Part shown: positions 21,998 to 30,420 of the stretch, in pieces
Layout: each line of letters starts with the position of its first letter
How positions within the stretch are numbered: the stretch's first letter is position 1
Assembly (NCBI GenBank): GCA_002411145.1
Contig: DHRA01000012.1
Location: 39,883-95,753 of the forward strand
From: Firmicutes bacterium UBA5324
GTDB lineage: Bacteria; Bacillota; Negativicutes; UBA11029
Reading direction: 5' to 3'
DNA: 55,871 nucleotides
Notes under the pieces: model-generated
What the model was told of the DNA's origin: nothing
The model's input: the letters and a program-made list of their open reading frames with translations, nothing else
Database searches by the model: none
Position numbers and translations under genes: made by a program

Positions 21998-22927
21998 TTG
22001 GAGATTGTAATTCGGGCGGAAAACCTGCGCAAACAATTTGGTGATGTGCAAGCCCTGAAAGGAATATCCTTTTCCATCGCCCGTGGTCATTGTTTCGGTT
22101 TTCTCGGCCATAACGGCGCGGGCAAGTCTACGACGATGCGTATGCTGTACGGATTGTCCACCGTTGACCACGGGTATTTGCAGTTGCTGGGGGAGCAGGT
22201 TAAACTTACGCCGCCGCACCTGAAGCGACGGTTGGGGGTGGTTCCGCAGGAAGACAACCTGGATCCTGAACTGTCGGTGATGGAAAATCTGCAGGTCTAT
22301 GGCGGCTTCTTTGGTTTGAGTTATAGACAGGCCCGTGAGCGGGGCCGGGAATTATTGGATTTCATGGGGTTGTCCGGTAAGGAAAACGCCAATGTGGAGA
22401 AACTTTCAGGCGGTTTAAAACGCAGGCTGGTCATTGCGCGAGCCTTAATAAACCGGCCAAGCATCGTGATTCTTGATGAACCCACCACCGGACTGGATCC
22501 GCAGGCCAGACGACTGGTTTGGCAGAAACTGCGCACGCTGAAAGCCGGGGGAGTAACCCTCGTCTTGACTACCCACTACATGGAGGAAGCCGCGCAGCTT
22601 TGTGATGAATTGGTGATTATGCATGAGGGGGAAGTGCTTGCCGAAGGAAGTCCGGCCGCATTGGTAACCCGGCATGTGCAGCCATATGTTATCGAGGTTC
22701 ACTTGCCCAGGGAACAGATTCCCCCGGATATCGTAGAAAAAGCAGCTGCCTTCGGCGGTGAGGCGGAACAAATGGCCCATGCTTTATTCCTCTTTTCCAA
22801 AGATGGAAAAAAACTCTGGCAATCGCTGGCGGAGCTTGGCTTGCCCCAGCATGCCTGCTATTTACGCGGCGCCCATTTGGAGGATGTATATCTCAAACTG
22901 ACGGGAAGGGGTGATAACTTGATATGA
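21998..22927 (+). CDS. ABC transporter ATP-binding protein (ABC-2 / DrrA-NodI-like exporter)
   Basis: Walker A GHNGAGKST, signature LSGGLKRR, Walker B VILDEPT. TTG start behind GGGGGTGA. Confidence 0.85.
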   Translation: MEIVIRAENLRKQFGDVQALKGISFSIARGHCFGFLGHNGAGKSTTMRMLYGLSTVDHGYLQLLGEQVKLTPPHLKRRLGVVPQEDNLDPELSVMENLQVYGGFFGLSYRQARERGRELLDFMGLSGKENANVEKLSGGLKRRLVIARALINRPSIVILDEPTTGLDPQARRLVWQKLRTLKAGGVTLVLTTHYMEEAAQLCDELVIMHEGEVLAEGSPAALVTRHVQPYVIEVHLPREQIPPDIVEKAAAFGGEAEQMAHALFLFSKDGKKLWQSLAELGLPQHACYLRGAHLEDVYLKLTGRGDNLI

Positions 22928-23673
22928 TGGCCTGGTATGCATTCAAGCGTCACCTTACGGTGTTTCGACGAACCTGGTGGTCCAACGTGGCCTTTAACTT
23001 TATCGAGCCCTTTTTGTATCTCTCCGCCCTGGGAATCGGACTTGGCGCTTTCATCCCGCAGATTGACGGGATCAGTTATATTCAATTTATTGCCCCGGGC
23101 ATGGCTGCGGCGGCGGGCATGTGGGCCGCGACCTTTGAATGTACTTATGCAACTTTCATTCGGCTTCATTATCAAAAGAGTTTTCATGCTATGCTGGCCG
23201 CCCCGGGCACAGTGGCGGAGGCTGTTACGGGAGACATTCTTTTTGGGGCGCTGAAGAGCATGTTATTTGGCTTGGTTATCCTGATAGTGATTGGATTATG
23301 GGGACAGATTCAGTCACCCTGGGCCGGACTGATTCCTCTTTTTCTGTTATTGCCGGGCACGGTCTTCTCGTTGTTGGCCCTGGCTTATACCGGCATAACA
23401 CCGCATATCGATTATCTCGGCTATTACGTCACGCTCTTTATTACCCCCCTTTATTTATTTGCCGGCATTTTCTTTCCGGTATCGTCCATGCCGGCCTGGG
23501 TGCAGTATTTGGCCTGGGTTAATCCCTTATATCACAGTGTGGAAGTATGCCGGGCCCTGGTATTGGGCAACATTTACGCGGCATTGTGGCTGCATGTGGC
23601 AATTTTACTGGCGTACACGGTTTGCCTGGGATGGTTGCCGGCGTATTTATTTCGTAAACGGTTGATTACTTAA
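22924..23673 (+). CDS. ABC-2 type transporter permease
   Basis: 249 aa, 6 hydrophobic segments. ATGA-type overlap with the ATPase gene. Confidence 0.8.
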   Translation: MMAWYAFKRHLTVFRRTWWSNVAFNFIEPFLYLSALGIGLGAFIPQIDGISYIQFIAPGMAAAAGMWAATFECTYATFIRLHYQKSFHAMLAAPGTVAEAVTGDILFGALKSMLFGLVILIVIGLWGQIQSPWAGLIPLFLLLPGTVFSLLALAYTGITPHIDYLGYYVTLFITPLYLFAGIFFPVSSMPAWVQYLAWVNPLYHSVEVCRALVLGNIYAALWLHVAILLAYTVCLGWLPAYLFRKRLIT

Positions 23674-23680
23674 GTAAAAC

Positions 23681-23752
23681 GACATTACCCTCAAAAAAGG
23701 GCCGTGCTGAACCTCTTACGTTTCAGCGCGGCCCTTTTTTGAGGGTAATGTC
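23681..23752. terminator. Long near-perfect inverted repeat (about 30-bp arms) / bidirectional terminator-like hairpin
   Basis: GACATTACCCTCAAAAAAGGGCCG-T-GCTGAA ... TTCAGC-G-CGGCCCTTTTTTGAGGGTAATGTC. Confidence 0.7.
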
Positions 23753-23852
23753 TGAATTTCATCCGCCTGGGCAGGGAATTCCTCCGTTCTGGACGGCTAC
23801 TACCGTATTTACTTGGTAAGTCATAAATTTCAACCGGAAAAATTTATAAGTA

Positions 23853-23882
23853 TTGACAAAAGATGGCAAAAAAGGGTAAACT
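23853..23882 (+). promoter_or_regulatory. Possible sigma-A promoter (TTGACA-18 nt-TAAACT)
   Basis: Consensus -35 hexamer but a weaker -10, located 60 nt upstream of the 66-aa ORF. Confidence 0.35.
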
Positions 23883-23941
23883 ATACTATGTAGTAGTAAA
23901 TTTTACCAAAATTAAGGGATATATTACGAAAGGAGTCGGCG

Positions 23942-24142
23942 ATGGCAGGGAAGATAAAGGAAATGATTGATCAAATTATTGAAAAAAGAGCAAAGGGTAA
24001 TCCGTCGATTGCCAAGATTACCCGCACCAAGATTGTTTTTAAAGGGATTGATCCGGACGAATATACTCCCGATACGGAAGATGATCCCGAAATTATCCGC
24101 AAGGTTCAACAAATTGCTGACAAATTTGGGGTAACTTTATAG
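23942..24142 (+). CDS. Hypothetical small acidic/basic protein (66 aa)
   Basis: AAGGAG RBS 7 nt upstream of the ATG. Tightly followed by the FIST gene. No family recognised. Confidence 0.55.
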   Translation: MAGKIKEMIDQIIEKRAKGNPSIAKITRTKIVFKGIDPDEYTPDTEDDPEIIRKVQQIADKFGVTL

Positions 24143-24162
24143 CGAAAAAGGGGGAGTTATTA

Positions 24163-25257
24163 GTGGCTGTGGCTATAGCAAATACTACGCAAAAAAGCGT
24201 GACAGCAGCTGTTGCGGACCTTCACAGACAGTTATCAATGGAAGAACCGAAAATGGTGATATATTTTGCTTCCGCGCATTATGATCCGCATGCATTGTCG
24301 GCGGCAATGCATGCGGCATTTCCAGGGATAGTGGTATTTGGTTGTACTACCGCCGGGGAGATTGTGGGTCACAAAATGCTTAAAGGCACGATCGCGGCGA
24401 TGGCTTTTGGAAAGGATATTGTCGAAGACGTGGTGGTTAATATTGGCACAAGCAGCAATCTGAAGTCTGCTTTCCGATCCTTTGAAAGCCATTATCAAAT
24501 CTCCATGCTGGACGCAGACCCGGAAAAGTATGTGGGCATCGTTTTGTGTGACGGTCTTTCCTGTGCGGAAGAAAGTATCATGGATAAAATCGGAAATCTT
24601 ACCGACATTACTTTTATCGGGGGTTCAGCCGGTGACGATCTCCAATTCGCCGGTACATATGTTTTTGCTTCCGGCGAAGCCTACAGCGATTCCGCCGTGC
24701 TGGCCCTGATTAAATGCGGCTGTTGCTTTGATACTATAAAGACCCAAAGCTTTACCAGCCTGGGGAAAAAGCTTGTTGCGACAAAAGTCGACGAACACAG
24801 GCGGATCGTCTATGAATTCGACGGCCAACCGGCGGTACAGGCGTATGCGCAAGCGATTGGCCAGCCGGTGGAGAAACTCCCGGAGTACTTTATGCGGCAT
24901 CCCTTCGGTTTAATGGCCGGCGGAGAATTGTATGTCCGCAGTCCGCAGCAACTAAAGAACGACAGCATAGTTTTCTTTTGCCACATCAAGGAAGGCATGA
25001 TGCTGCATGTTCTGCAGGCCGAGGATATCATACAGGAGACGGCGCATGCCATAAAGGAGAAAGAAGCCGAGCTGGGCACGCTGAAGGCGCTGTTAAATTT
25101 CAACTGTATTTTGCGGACTTTGCATATTGAACACGAAGGTCTGACGGAGGAATACGGTCTTATCTTTAAAGATGTGCCTTCCATTGGCTTCAGCACCTAT
25201 GGCGAGGCGTATATTGGACACATTAATCAAACGGCGACGATGCTGGTTTTTGCCTGA
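24163..25257 (+). CDS. Stand-alone FIST (FIST_N + FIST_C) sensory domain protein
   Basis: FIST-like patterns VIYFASAHYD...FPGIVVFGCTTAGEI, FIGGSAGDD and GFSTYGEAY. GTG start behind GGGGGAG. Confidence 0.7.
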   Translation: MAVAIANTTQKSVTAAVADLHRQLSMEEPKMVIYFASAHYDPHALSAAMHAAFPGIVVFGCTTAGEIVGHKMLKGTIAAMAFGKDIVEDVVVNIGTSSNLKSAFRSFESHYQISMLDADPEKYVGIVLCDGLSCAEESIMDKIGNLTDITFIGGSAGDDLQFAGTYVFASGEAYSDSAVLALIKCGCCFDTIKTQSFTSLGKKLVATKVDEHRRIVYEFDGQPAVQAYAQAIGQPVEKLPEYFMRHPFGLMAGGELYVRSPQQLKNDSIVFFCHIKEGMMLHVLQAEDIIQETAHAIKEKEAELGTLKALLNFNCILRTLHIEHEGLTEEYGLIFKDVPSIGFSTYGEAYIGHINQTATMLVFA

Positions 25258-25283
25258 TATTATTTCGCTTCAGCTTAATTTTG

Positions 25284-25320
25284 CGACAAGGAAGAACATT
25301 TCTTCCTTGTCGTTTTTTTT
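25284..25320 (+). terminator. Intrinsic terminator after the FIST gene
   Basis: CGACAAGGAAGA / TCTTCCTTGTCG 12-bp stem followed by T8. Confidence 0.85.
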
Positions 25321-25424
25321 ATGGATAGGCCGGGATGAGAAAAGGCGCATTTTTCGACCCGAGGCAGGTGAACGACTTTCCTATGGCGTACTTAATGGGA
25401 GAGTGTATATTGGGAGGCCGATAG

Positions 25425-27431
25425 ATGATAAGCACAGCCAGGCACGTGATGTTTTGCGGTCCGACGGGATCAGGGAAAACGGCGCGGATGCTTGATACCT
25501 ACCATACTTTACTGGGAGAAGGGATTTCTTCAGATTTCATACAGGTTTTAGTCCTTAACCGGCATCAGGCGGCCTGGTTTAAAGACCAGGTAAAAATGAA
25601 CCGAAGCGGGGCGCTGCAGGTCAACACCTATTTTTCTTTCATACAACGGGAATTACGGCGGTTTTGGCATGTGGCGGAAGCAGGGCTGGACGAAGGACAA
25701 CCGGTTTTGGAACCGGTGTTTCTCACGATGGAAACGGCCCAATATTTAATGGAACTTTGTATCGGGGAAATGCGTAGCCAGGGGCGTTTTTCCGCGGAAA
25801 ACTTTCGCTCTCAACCTGCCAGGATGGCGCTGCAATTAACGGAAACAATGCAAATTGCCGCTGTTTCCTGTCTGGACGCCCGGGAAATCGCCGAACGTCT
25901 GCAAAAGGCATGGGAAGGTAAAGGAGAGGCTCCGGCCGTATATGACGATGTGCGGGCCACGCTTGAATTGTACCGTCGCCGGTGTTTTGCCGGCCGGATG
26001 CTTGATTACGCCTTATCTCTTGAACTATACAACGGCGTGCTGCTGAAAAATGAAGATTATCAGCAATGGCTGCAGCATAAAATACGGCATTTGCTGGTCG
26101 ATGACACGGAGGAGATATTGCCGGCGGCTTTTAAATTTATCATGAAGGTGTTGCCGCATGTGGAATCGGCGACTTTTGCTTATTGTACAGATGGGGGACA
26201 CAGTGTGTTTTTCGGCGCCCATCCGGAACTGGCAACAAAGGAATTAATGCCCCGCTGCACGGTTGAAAAACTCACCCCTTCCTATACTTCCTCGCCGGAC
26301 TGTGGAGCATGGGGAGCGTCTTTGGCAGCGCGGGTAAAGGGCCATAAAGCGCCAATGATTCCCCGGCGTGTGGTCATGCATCACGTGGTGGAAGATTTAC
26401 GGGGCACCATGATTGAACGGGTGGGTGATCACCTGCTGCAACTCCTGGCAACGGGTGTGGCGCCAAATGAAATAGCGGTAGTTGCGCCTTTTGTGGACAA
26501 GGTGTTGGAGCATCAATTGTCATCTCTGCTCGGTTTGCATGGTTGTGCGATAGCACATGTATCCGGCAGTAAACGGTTGCTTGATCTGCCCTTTGCCGGT
26601 ACATTGCTTACATTATTGCAGTTAACGCATCCACAGTGGCGGCTATATCCCACCACCGGTGATATTGCCCAGGCCCTGAACGTGTTGTTGGCCCTGGATC
26701 CTGTACGCAGCATGCTTTTGGCCGCATACGCGCAAGGTGAGGAGTGGGGTGAACTGACGGACGCCAATGTGCGCGCCCGCATCGGTTATGCCGCGGTGCA
26801 GGGGTATGATTTTCTGCGCCGGCATTTAGCCGCCCTGCGGGAGCCGGCTGCCCTCGCCGAAGTCGTGCAGAAGATTTTTACGGAACTTCTCTATCCCCTA
26901 AACCCTTCGCCGTCCAACTTGCAGGGTTGCCGGTATCTGACGGAAGCGGCGCGGCACTTTCAGGCTTTTTCCGCTGCCGCAGCGCTGGGGGAAGACAGCG
27001 GCTGGCATTTCATGCAAATGATCCAGCGGGGTACCATCGCTGCCGACAGGCTAGCCGCGCCCGCCTTGGAAGGTGGAGCGGTGGTCCTTATTACCGCCTA
27101 TTCCTTACTCATGGATAAGGGCAATACCTTCGCATATCAGTATTGGCTCGACATTTCCCGAGATGCCTGGTATCGCAGCGATGCAAAAGAATTAACCAAT
27201 CCGCATGTGCTCTCCCTGCGTTGGCAGGAGGGACAGGTTTGGACAAATTTCCTTAACGAAGAATTGCGCCGGGAAAAAGCGGCCCGCACTGTATTAGGAC
27301 TTTCACATCGCTGCCGGACGGCGATCATTGCCGCGGAAAGCGCTTGTGACAGTTATGGCTCCGAACGGGAAGGAGAATTGGCGGCCTTGATTGCGGAAAT
27401 GTCTGGACAAAGGGGAAAACAGGATGATTGA
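25425..27431 (+). CDS. AddB-like degenerate SF1 helicase-fold P-loop protein (no nuclease domain)
   Basis: 668 aa. Walker A GPTGSGKT at residues 12-19 and a Walker B-like LLVDDTEE. The remaining UvrD motifs are not recognisable, and a motif VI remnant lies near the C-terminus. GGGAGG RBS. Confidence 0.6.
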   Translation: MISTARHVMFCGPTGSGKTARMLDTYHTLLGEGISSDFIQVLVLNRHQAAWFKDQVKMNRSGALQVNTYFSFIQRELRRFWHVAEAGLDEGQPVLEPVFLTMETAQYLMELCIGEMRSQGRFSAENFRSQPARMALQLTETMQIAAVSCLDAREIAERLQKAWEGKGEAPAVYDDVRATLELYRRRCFAGRMLDYALSLELYNGVLLKNEDYQQWLQHKIRHLLVDDTEEILPAAFKFIMKVLPHVESATFAYCTDGGHSVFFGAHPELATKELMPRCTVEKLTPSYTSSPDCGAWGASLAARVKGHKAPMIPRRVVMHHVVEDLRGTMIERVGDHLLQLLATGVAPNEIAVVAPFVDKVLEHQLSSLLGLHGCAIAHVSGSKRLLDLPFAGTLLTLLQLTHPQWRLYPTTGDIAQALNVLLALDPVRSMLLAAYAQGEEWGELTDANVRARIGYAAVQGYDFLRRHLAALREPAALAEVVQKIFTELLYPLNPSPSNLQGCRYLTEAARHFQAFSAAAALGEDSGWHFMQMIQRGTIAADRLAAPALEGGAVVLITAYSLLMDKGNTFAYQYWLDISRDAWYRSDAKELTNPHVLSLRWQEGQVWTNFLNEELRREKAARTVLGLSHRCRTAIIAAESACDSYGSEREGELAALIAEMSGQRGKQDD

Positions 27432-29613
27432 ACTACGGAAGGGTCAGCGTGAAGTGGCGGCGTATCGGGGAGGAATGCTGGCGGTGCCGGCGGTGCCCGG
27501 CGCGGGGAAAACGACGGTGCTTGCCTACCTGGCCTCCCAGTTAATAGAGGAAGGCTGCGTCGGACAGGGTAATATTCTTATTGTAACTTACATGACTTCC
27601 TCCGTAGCCAATTTTAAAGCGCGTATTGCCGGTTTTCTTGAAGGAAGGGGCTTACCCAAAACTAAAGGCTACGAGGTGCGTACCCTCCACTCGCTGGCCA
27701 TAAATATATTGAAGGAGCGGCCTGATCGGATATTTCTGCCGGAAGAATTGCAGGTAATTGATGAACTGGACCGGGAAAGAATTATCAAAAGCTTTACTCT
27801 GGCTTGGATCGATACTCATTTTGCTGTCTGGAAAGGGCTGATTAAAACCCCGGAGACGGGCGGCGGTTATGAGCAGCATCTGGAGGACTGGAAAAAAGAA
27901 ACCGTCAAATTGGTCAAAGAGATGATTGGTCAATTTAAGAGCAGTAGTATTTCCGCCAAAGAAGCGACGGAAAAAACCGCCTGCTTGACCGAAACGTCCT
28001 TTTTGCGCTGGTGTGCGGAGATTTACGGACAATACCAGCAATGGCTCATTCAAGCCGGCGCCGTGGATTTTGAAGATATGCTGCAGCAGGCGGCGCAGTT
28101 GCTGAGGGAGGATCAGGAACTGACAGCCCGGTTGCGCAGCCGCTGGTGCTATATTTTTGAGGATGAAGCCCAGGATTCCAATCCCCTGCAAGAAGAAATC
28201 TTAATGTTGCTGGCCGGAAAGGAAGGTAATTTATTGCGGGTTGGCGATAGTAACCAGGCGATAATGGGTACTTTTACCAATGCCGAACCGGAGTTGTTCC
28301 GGCGGTTTTGCCGGGGCACCGCCAACCAGCCGATCCTGACGGCCAGCCGCAGCAGCAGAGATATCATTGACCTGGCGAATTATCTTGTGGAATGGGCATG
28401 TACCAGGCAGCCGGAAATTTCGTGCCGGCGGGCGCTGGCCGACCAACGCATTTGTCCTGTTCCTCCGGAGGATAAGTTTCCTAATCCGGCACCGGCGGAA
28501 TATTTGATCGCGGCGCCCAGTTTTGCCAGCGATACGGAAGAAATTCAGCGAATTTGCCAGCACGCGGTAAATTATGCGGCGGCTAATCCGCATAAAACTT
28601 TAGCCATCTTAGCACCCGCAGAATACATGCTGCGGGAAGCCACGCAAATGCTGAGCGGTATGGGAGCAGAATACTATGAGTTGACGCGTCTGCCGCGGGA
28701 ACGGCAGAGAACGGCGGAGGATTTGGCGGCTATCCTGTCCTTTTTGGCCCGTCCCCAGGATAACCGGTTGTTTATCAGGATGCTGCTTCAATTACTGCCC
28801 TCCCTGGCGGAACATGAATATCACGGTCTTTGCAGCTGGCTGGAGAGAGAGCATTTAGAGGAAGTATTTGATCAACTGCGTTTGCCTGCTTTCTTACGGA
28901 AGTTTCCCGCCGCGTTTATGATCCTGCCGGTCTGGCGGGAGTTGGAGGGTATCCTGTGTGCCGTGCGGAATTGGCTGGAAGCGCTTTATTTATCTCCAGA
29001 CGCCTTAACGCTGTACATTGCCGATCAGTTGACGCTGTGCCGGGAGGAACGGGAAATAGCCGCCCGCATGGCCTTGGATATGAAAAGCAGGTTGACGCAG
29101 AATCCTGCTTTGCGTTTGGATACCTTGCTGCTGGAAATGGATGCCGTGAAAAATACCGGCAATAAATTCGCCAACATTGTATTTGAGCGGCGGGGCTATA
29201 CACCTAAGCCCGGTGTGATCAATTTGGTAACCTGCCATAAAGCTAAAGGGCTGGAGTGGGACATGGTATACGTCATCGGGACCACGGGCGTTGAATATCC
29301 CACTTCACTGCAGGATAAAATCCGCAGTGAAGTATGGTTTTTGCATGATTTTGCCGCTAATCCGGCGGCGCTGGCGAAGGCGGAATTACGCTCCCTGTTT
29401 TTCGGGGAAAGCTGTCATGATCCGCTTATTGCGGCGAAGACAGAGGTGATTTGTGAACGTCTCCGTTTGTTGTATGTGGCTGTTACCAGGGCCAGGGAAA
29501 GTTTAATCATCAGTACCCACCGGATGACCAGTAAATTCAATCGTAAAATAAGACCGTCGGCGGCCCATGAGGCACTCCGCCGGCACATCGAGGAGCGGAG
29601 GACGAGACGATGA
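27424..29613 (+). CDS. UvrD/PcrA-type SF1A DNA helicase (AddA-like, lacking a nuclease domain)
   Basis: Motif I AVPGAGKTT, motif II FEDEAQDSN, motif III VGDSNQAIMGF, motif V CHKAKGLEWDMVYVIG and motif VI LLYVAVTRARESL. ATG 27424 overlaps the upstream stop (ATGATTGA). Confidence 0.8.
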   Translation: MIELRKGQREVAAYRGGMLAVPAVPGAGKTTVLAYLASQLIEEGCVGQGNILIVTYMTSSVANFKARIAGFLEGRGLPKTKGYEVRTLHSLAINILKERPDRIFLPEELQVIDELDRERIIKSFTLAWIDTHFAVWKGLIKTPETGGGYEQHLEDWKKETVKLVKEMIGQFKSSSISAKEATEKTACLTETSFLRWCAEIYGQYQQWLIQAGAVDFEDMLQQAAQLLREDQELTARLRSRWCYIFEDEAQDSNPLQEEILMLLAGKEGNLLRVGDSNQAIMGTFTNAEPELFRRFCRGTANQPILTASRSSRDIIDLANYLVEWACTRQPEISCRRALADQRICPVPPEDKFPNPAPAEYLIAAPSFASDTEEIQRICQHAVNYAAANPHKTLAILAPAEYMLREATQMLSGMGAEYYELTRLPRERQRTAEDLAAILSFLARPQDNRLFIRMLLQLLPSLAEHEYHGLCSWLEREHLEEVFDQLRLPAFLRKFPAAFMILPVWRELEGILCAVRNWLEALYLSPDALTLYIADQLTLCREEREIAARMALDMKSRLTQNPALRLDTLLLEMDAVKNTGNKFANIVFERRGYTPKPGVINLVTCHKAKGLEWDMVYVIGTTGVEYPTSLQDKIRSEVWFLHDFAANPAALAKAELRSLFFGESCHDPLIAAKTEVICERLRLLYVAVTRARESLIISTHRMTSKFNRKIRPSAAHEALRRHIEERRTRR

Positions 29614-30419
29614 AGGAACATCTGCAGGAAATGTATTTTAGCCAGGCGGCGTTGGCGGCGTATCAGACATGCGCCCTGAAATTTCGCTATCGTTATCTGG
29701 ATGAACTGTACTGGTTGCAAACCGGGCATGCCGGTGGGCATGCGGAAGAACGCGCCCTGGGCGAAAGCTTCCATTTAATGGCACAGAGGTATTTTCAAAA
29801 TGTTGCCCCGGACTACCTGGACGCGATTAAACCTTCGGCGCAGCTTAAGGTCTGGTTGAACAGCCTGCGGGAAAAATTCCCCCTGCGGGACGAATTGCGC
29901 TATTACCCGGAACAGGAGTTGCGTACGGTAATAGAAAAGGCTCGTTTTACCGCGAAATATGACTTGCTTGTCCAGTACCCCGACGGACGGATTATCATCT
30001 ATGATTGGAAAACCCAGGCCAGTCCCGGCCCGGGACGGACGCGTCCTTTGCAGGCGCGGGTTTATGCTTTGGTACTGTATACGGCGGAACCCTTTGGTAA
30101 ACGCCGGCCTGAGGATATCACGACGGTTTTTTGGAATCCAAGATTTCCGGGGGATGAGCAGGTTTGGCCTTACAGCAGGTTGCTCTATGAGCAGGACCGG
30201 GCGGAACTGACCGCGCTTGTTGGCAAAATAACCGACCTGCAGTACGGTGATTTCTCCGGCTTGCGGCCGGCGGAGGACGGCTCTGCCAAGGGGTGCCGGT
30301 GGTGTGAATACGCCGCTTTATGTAACGCCGGGGGACAAGTGGCAAATGCCGGACCTTTGCCGTCACCCGGGGATGTTTCCTGGGATGATGTTGAAGAAAT
30401 TGCTTATGAAGAGGCATGA
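29610..30419 (+). CDS. Cas4/AddB-type PD-(D/E)XK nuclease with 4-Cys (Fe-S) signature
   Basis: 269 aa. C21 in YQTCALKFRYRYL, then GESFH, D118, the D132-W-K134 (IYDWKT) motif, Q148xxxY152, and C229-x2-C232-x5-C238. ATGA overlap with the helicase stop. Confidence 0.75.
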   Translation: MKEHLQEMYFSQAALAAYQTCALKFRYRYLDELYWLQTGHAGGHAEERALGESFHLMAQRYFQNVAPDYLDAIKPSAQLKVWLNSLREKFPLRDELRYYPEQELRTVIEKARFTAKYDLLVQYPDGRIIIYDWKTQASPGPGRTRPLQARVYALVLYTAEPFGKRRPEDITTVFWNPRFPGDEQVWPYSRLLYEQDRAELTALVGKITDLQYGDFSGLRPAEDGSAKGCRWCEYAALCNAGGQVANAGPLPSPGDVSWDDVEEIAYEEA

Positions 30420-30420
30420 T

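Noticed and set aside
30247-30420. N-terminal extension of the RecJ ORF (ORF-track start 30247)
   Set aside because: The extension overlaps the 3' end of the nuclease gene in another frame. ATG 30421, which begins METKKKWQIP, gives a normal RecJ N-terminus.
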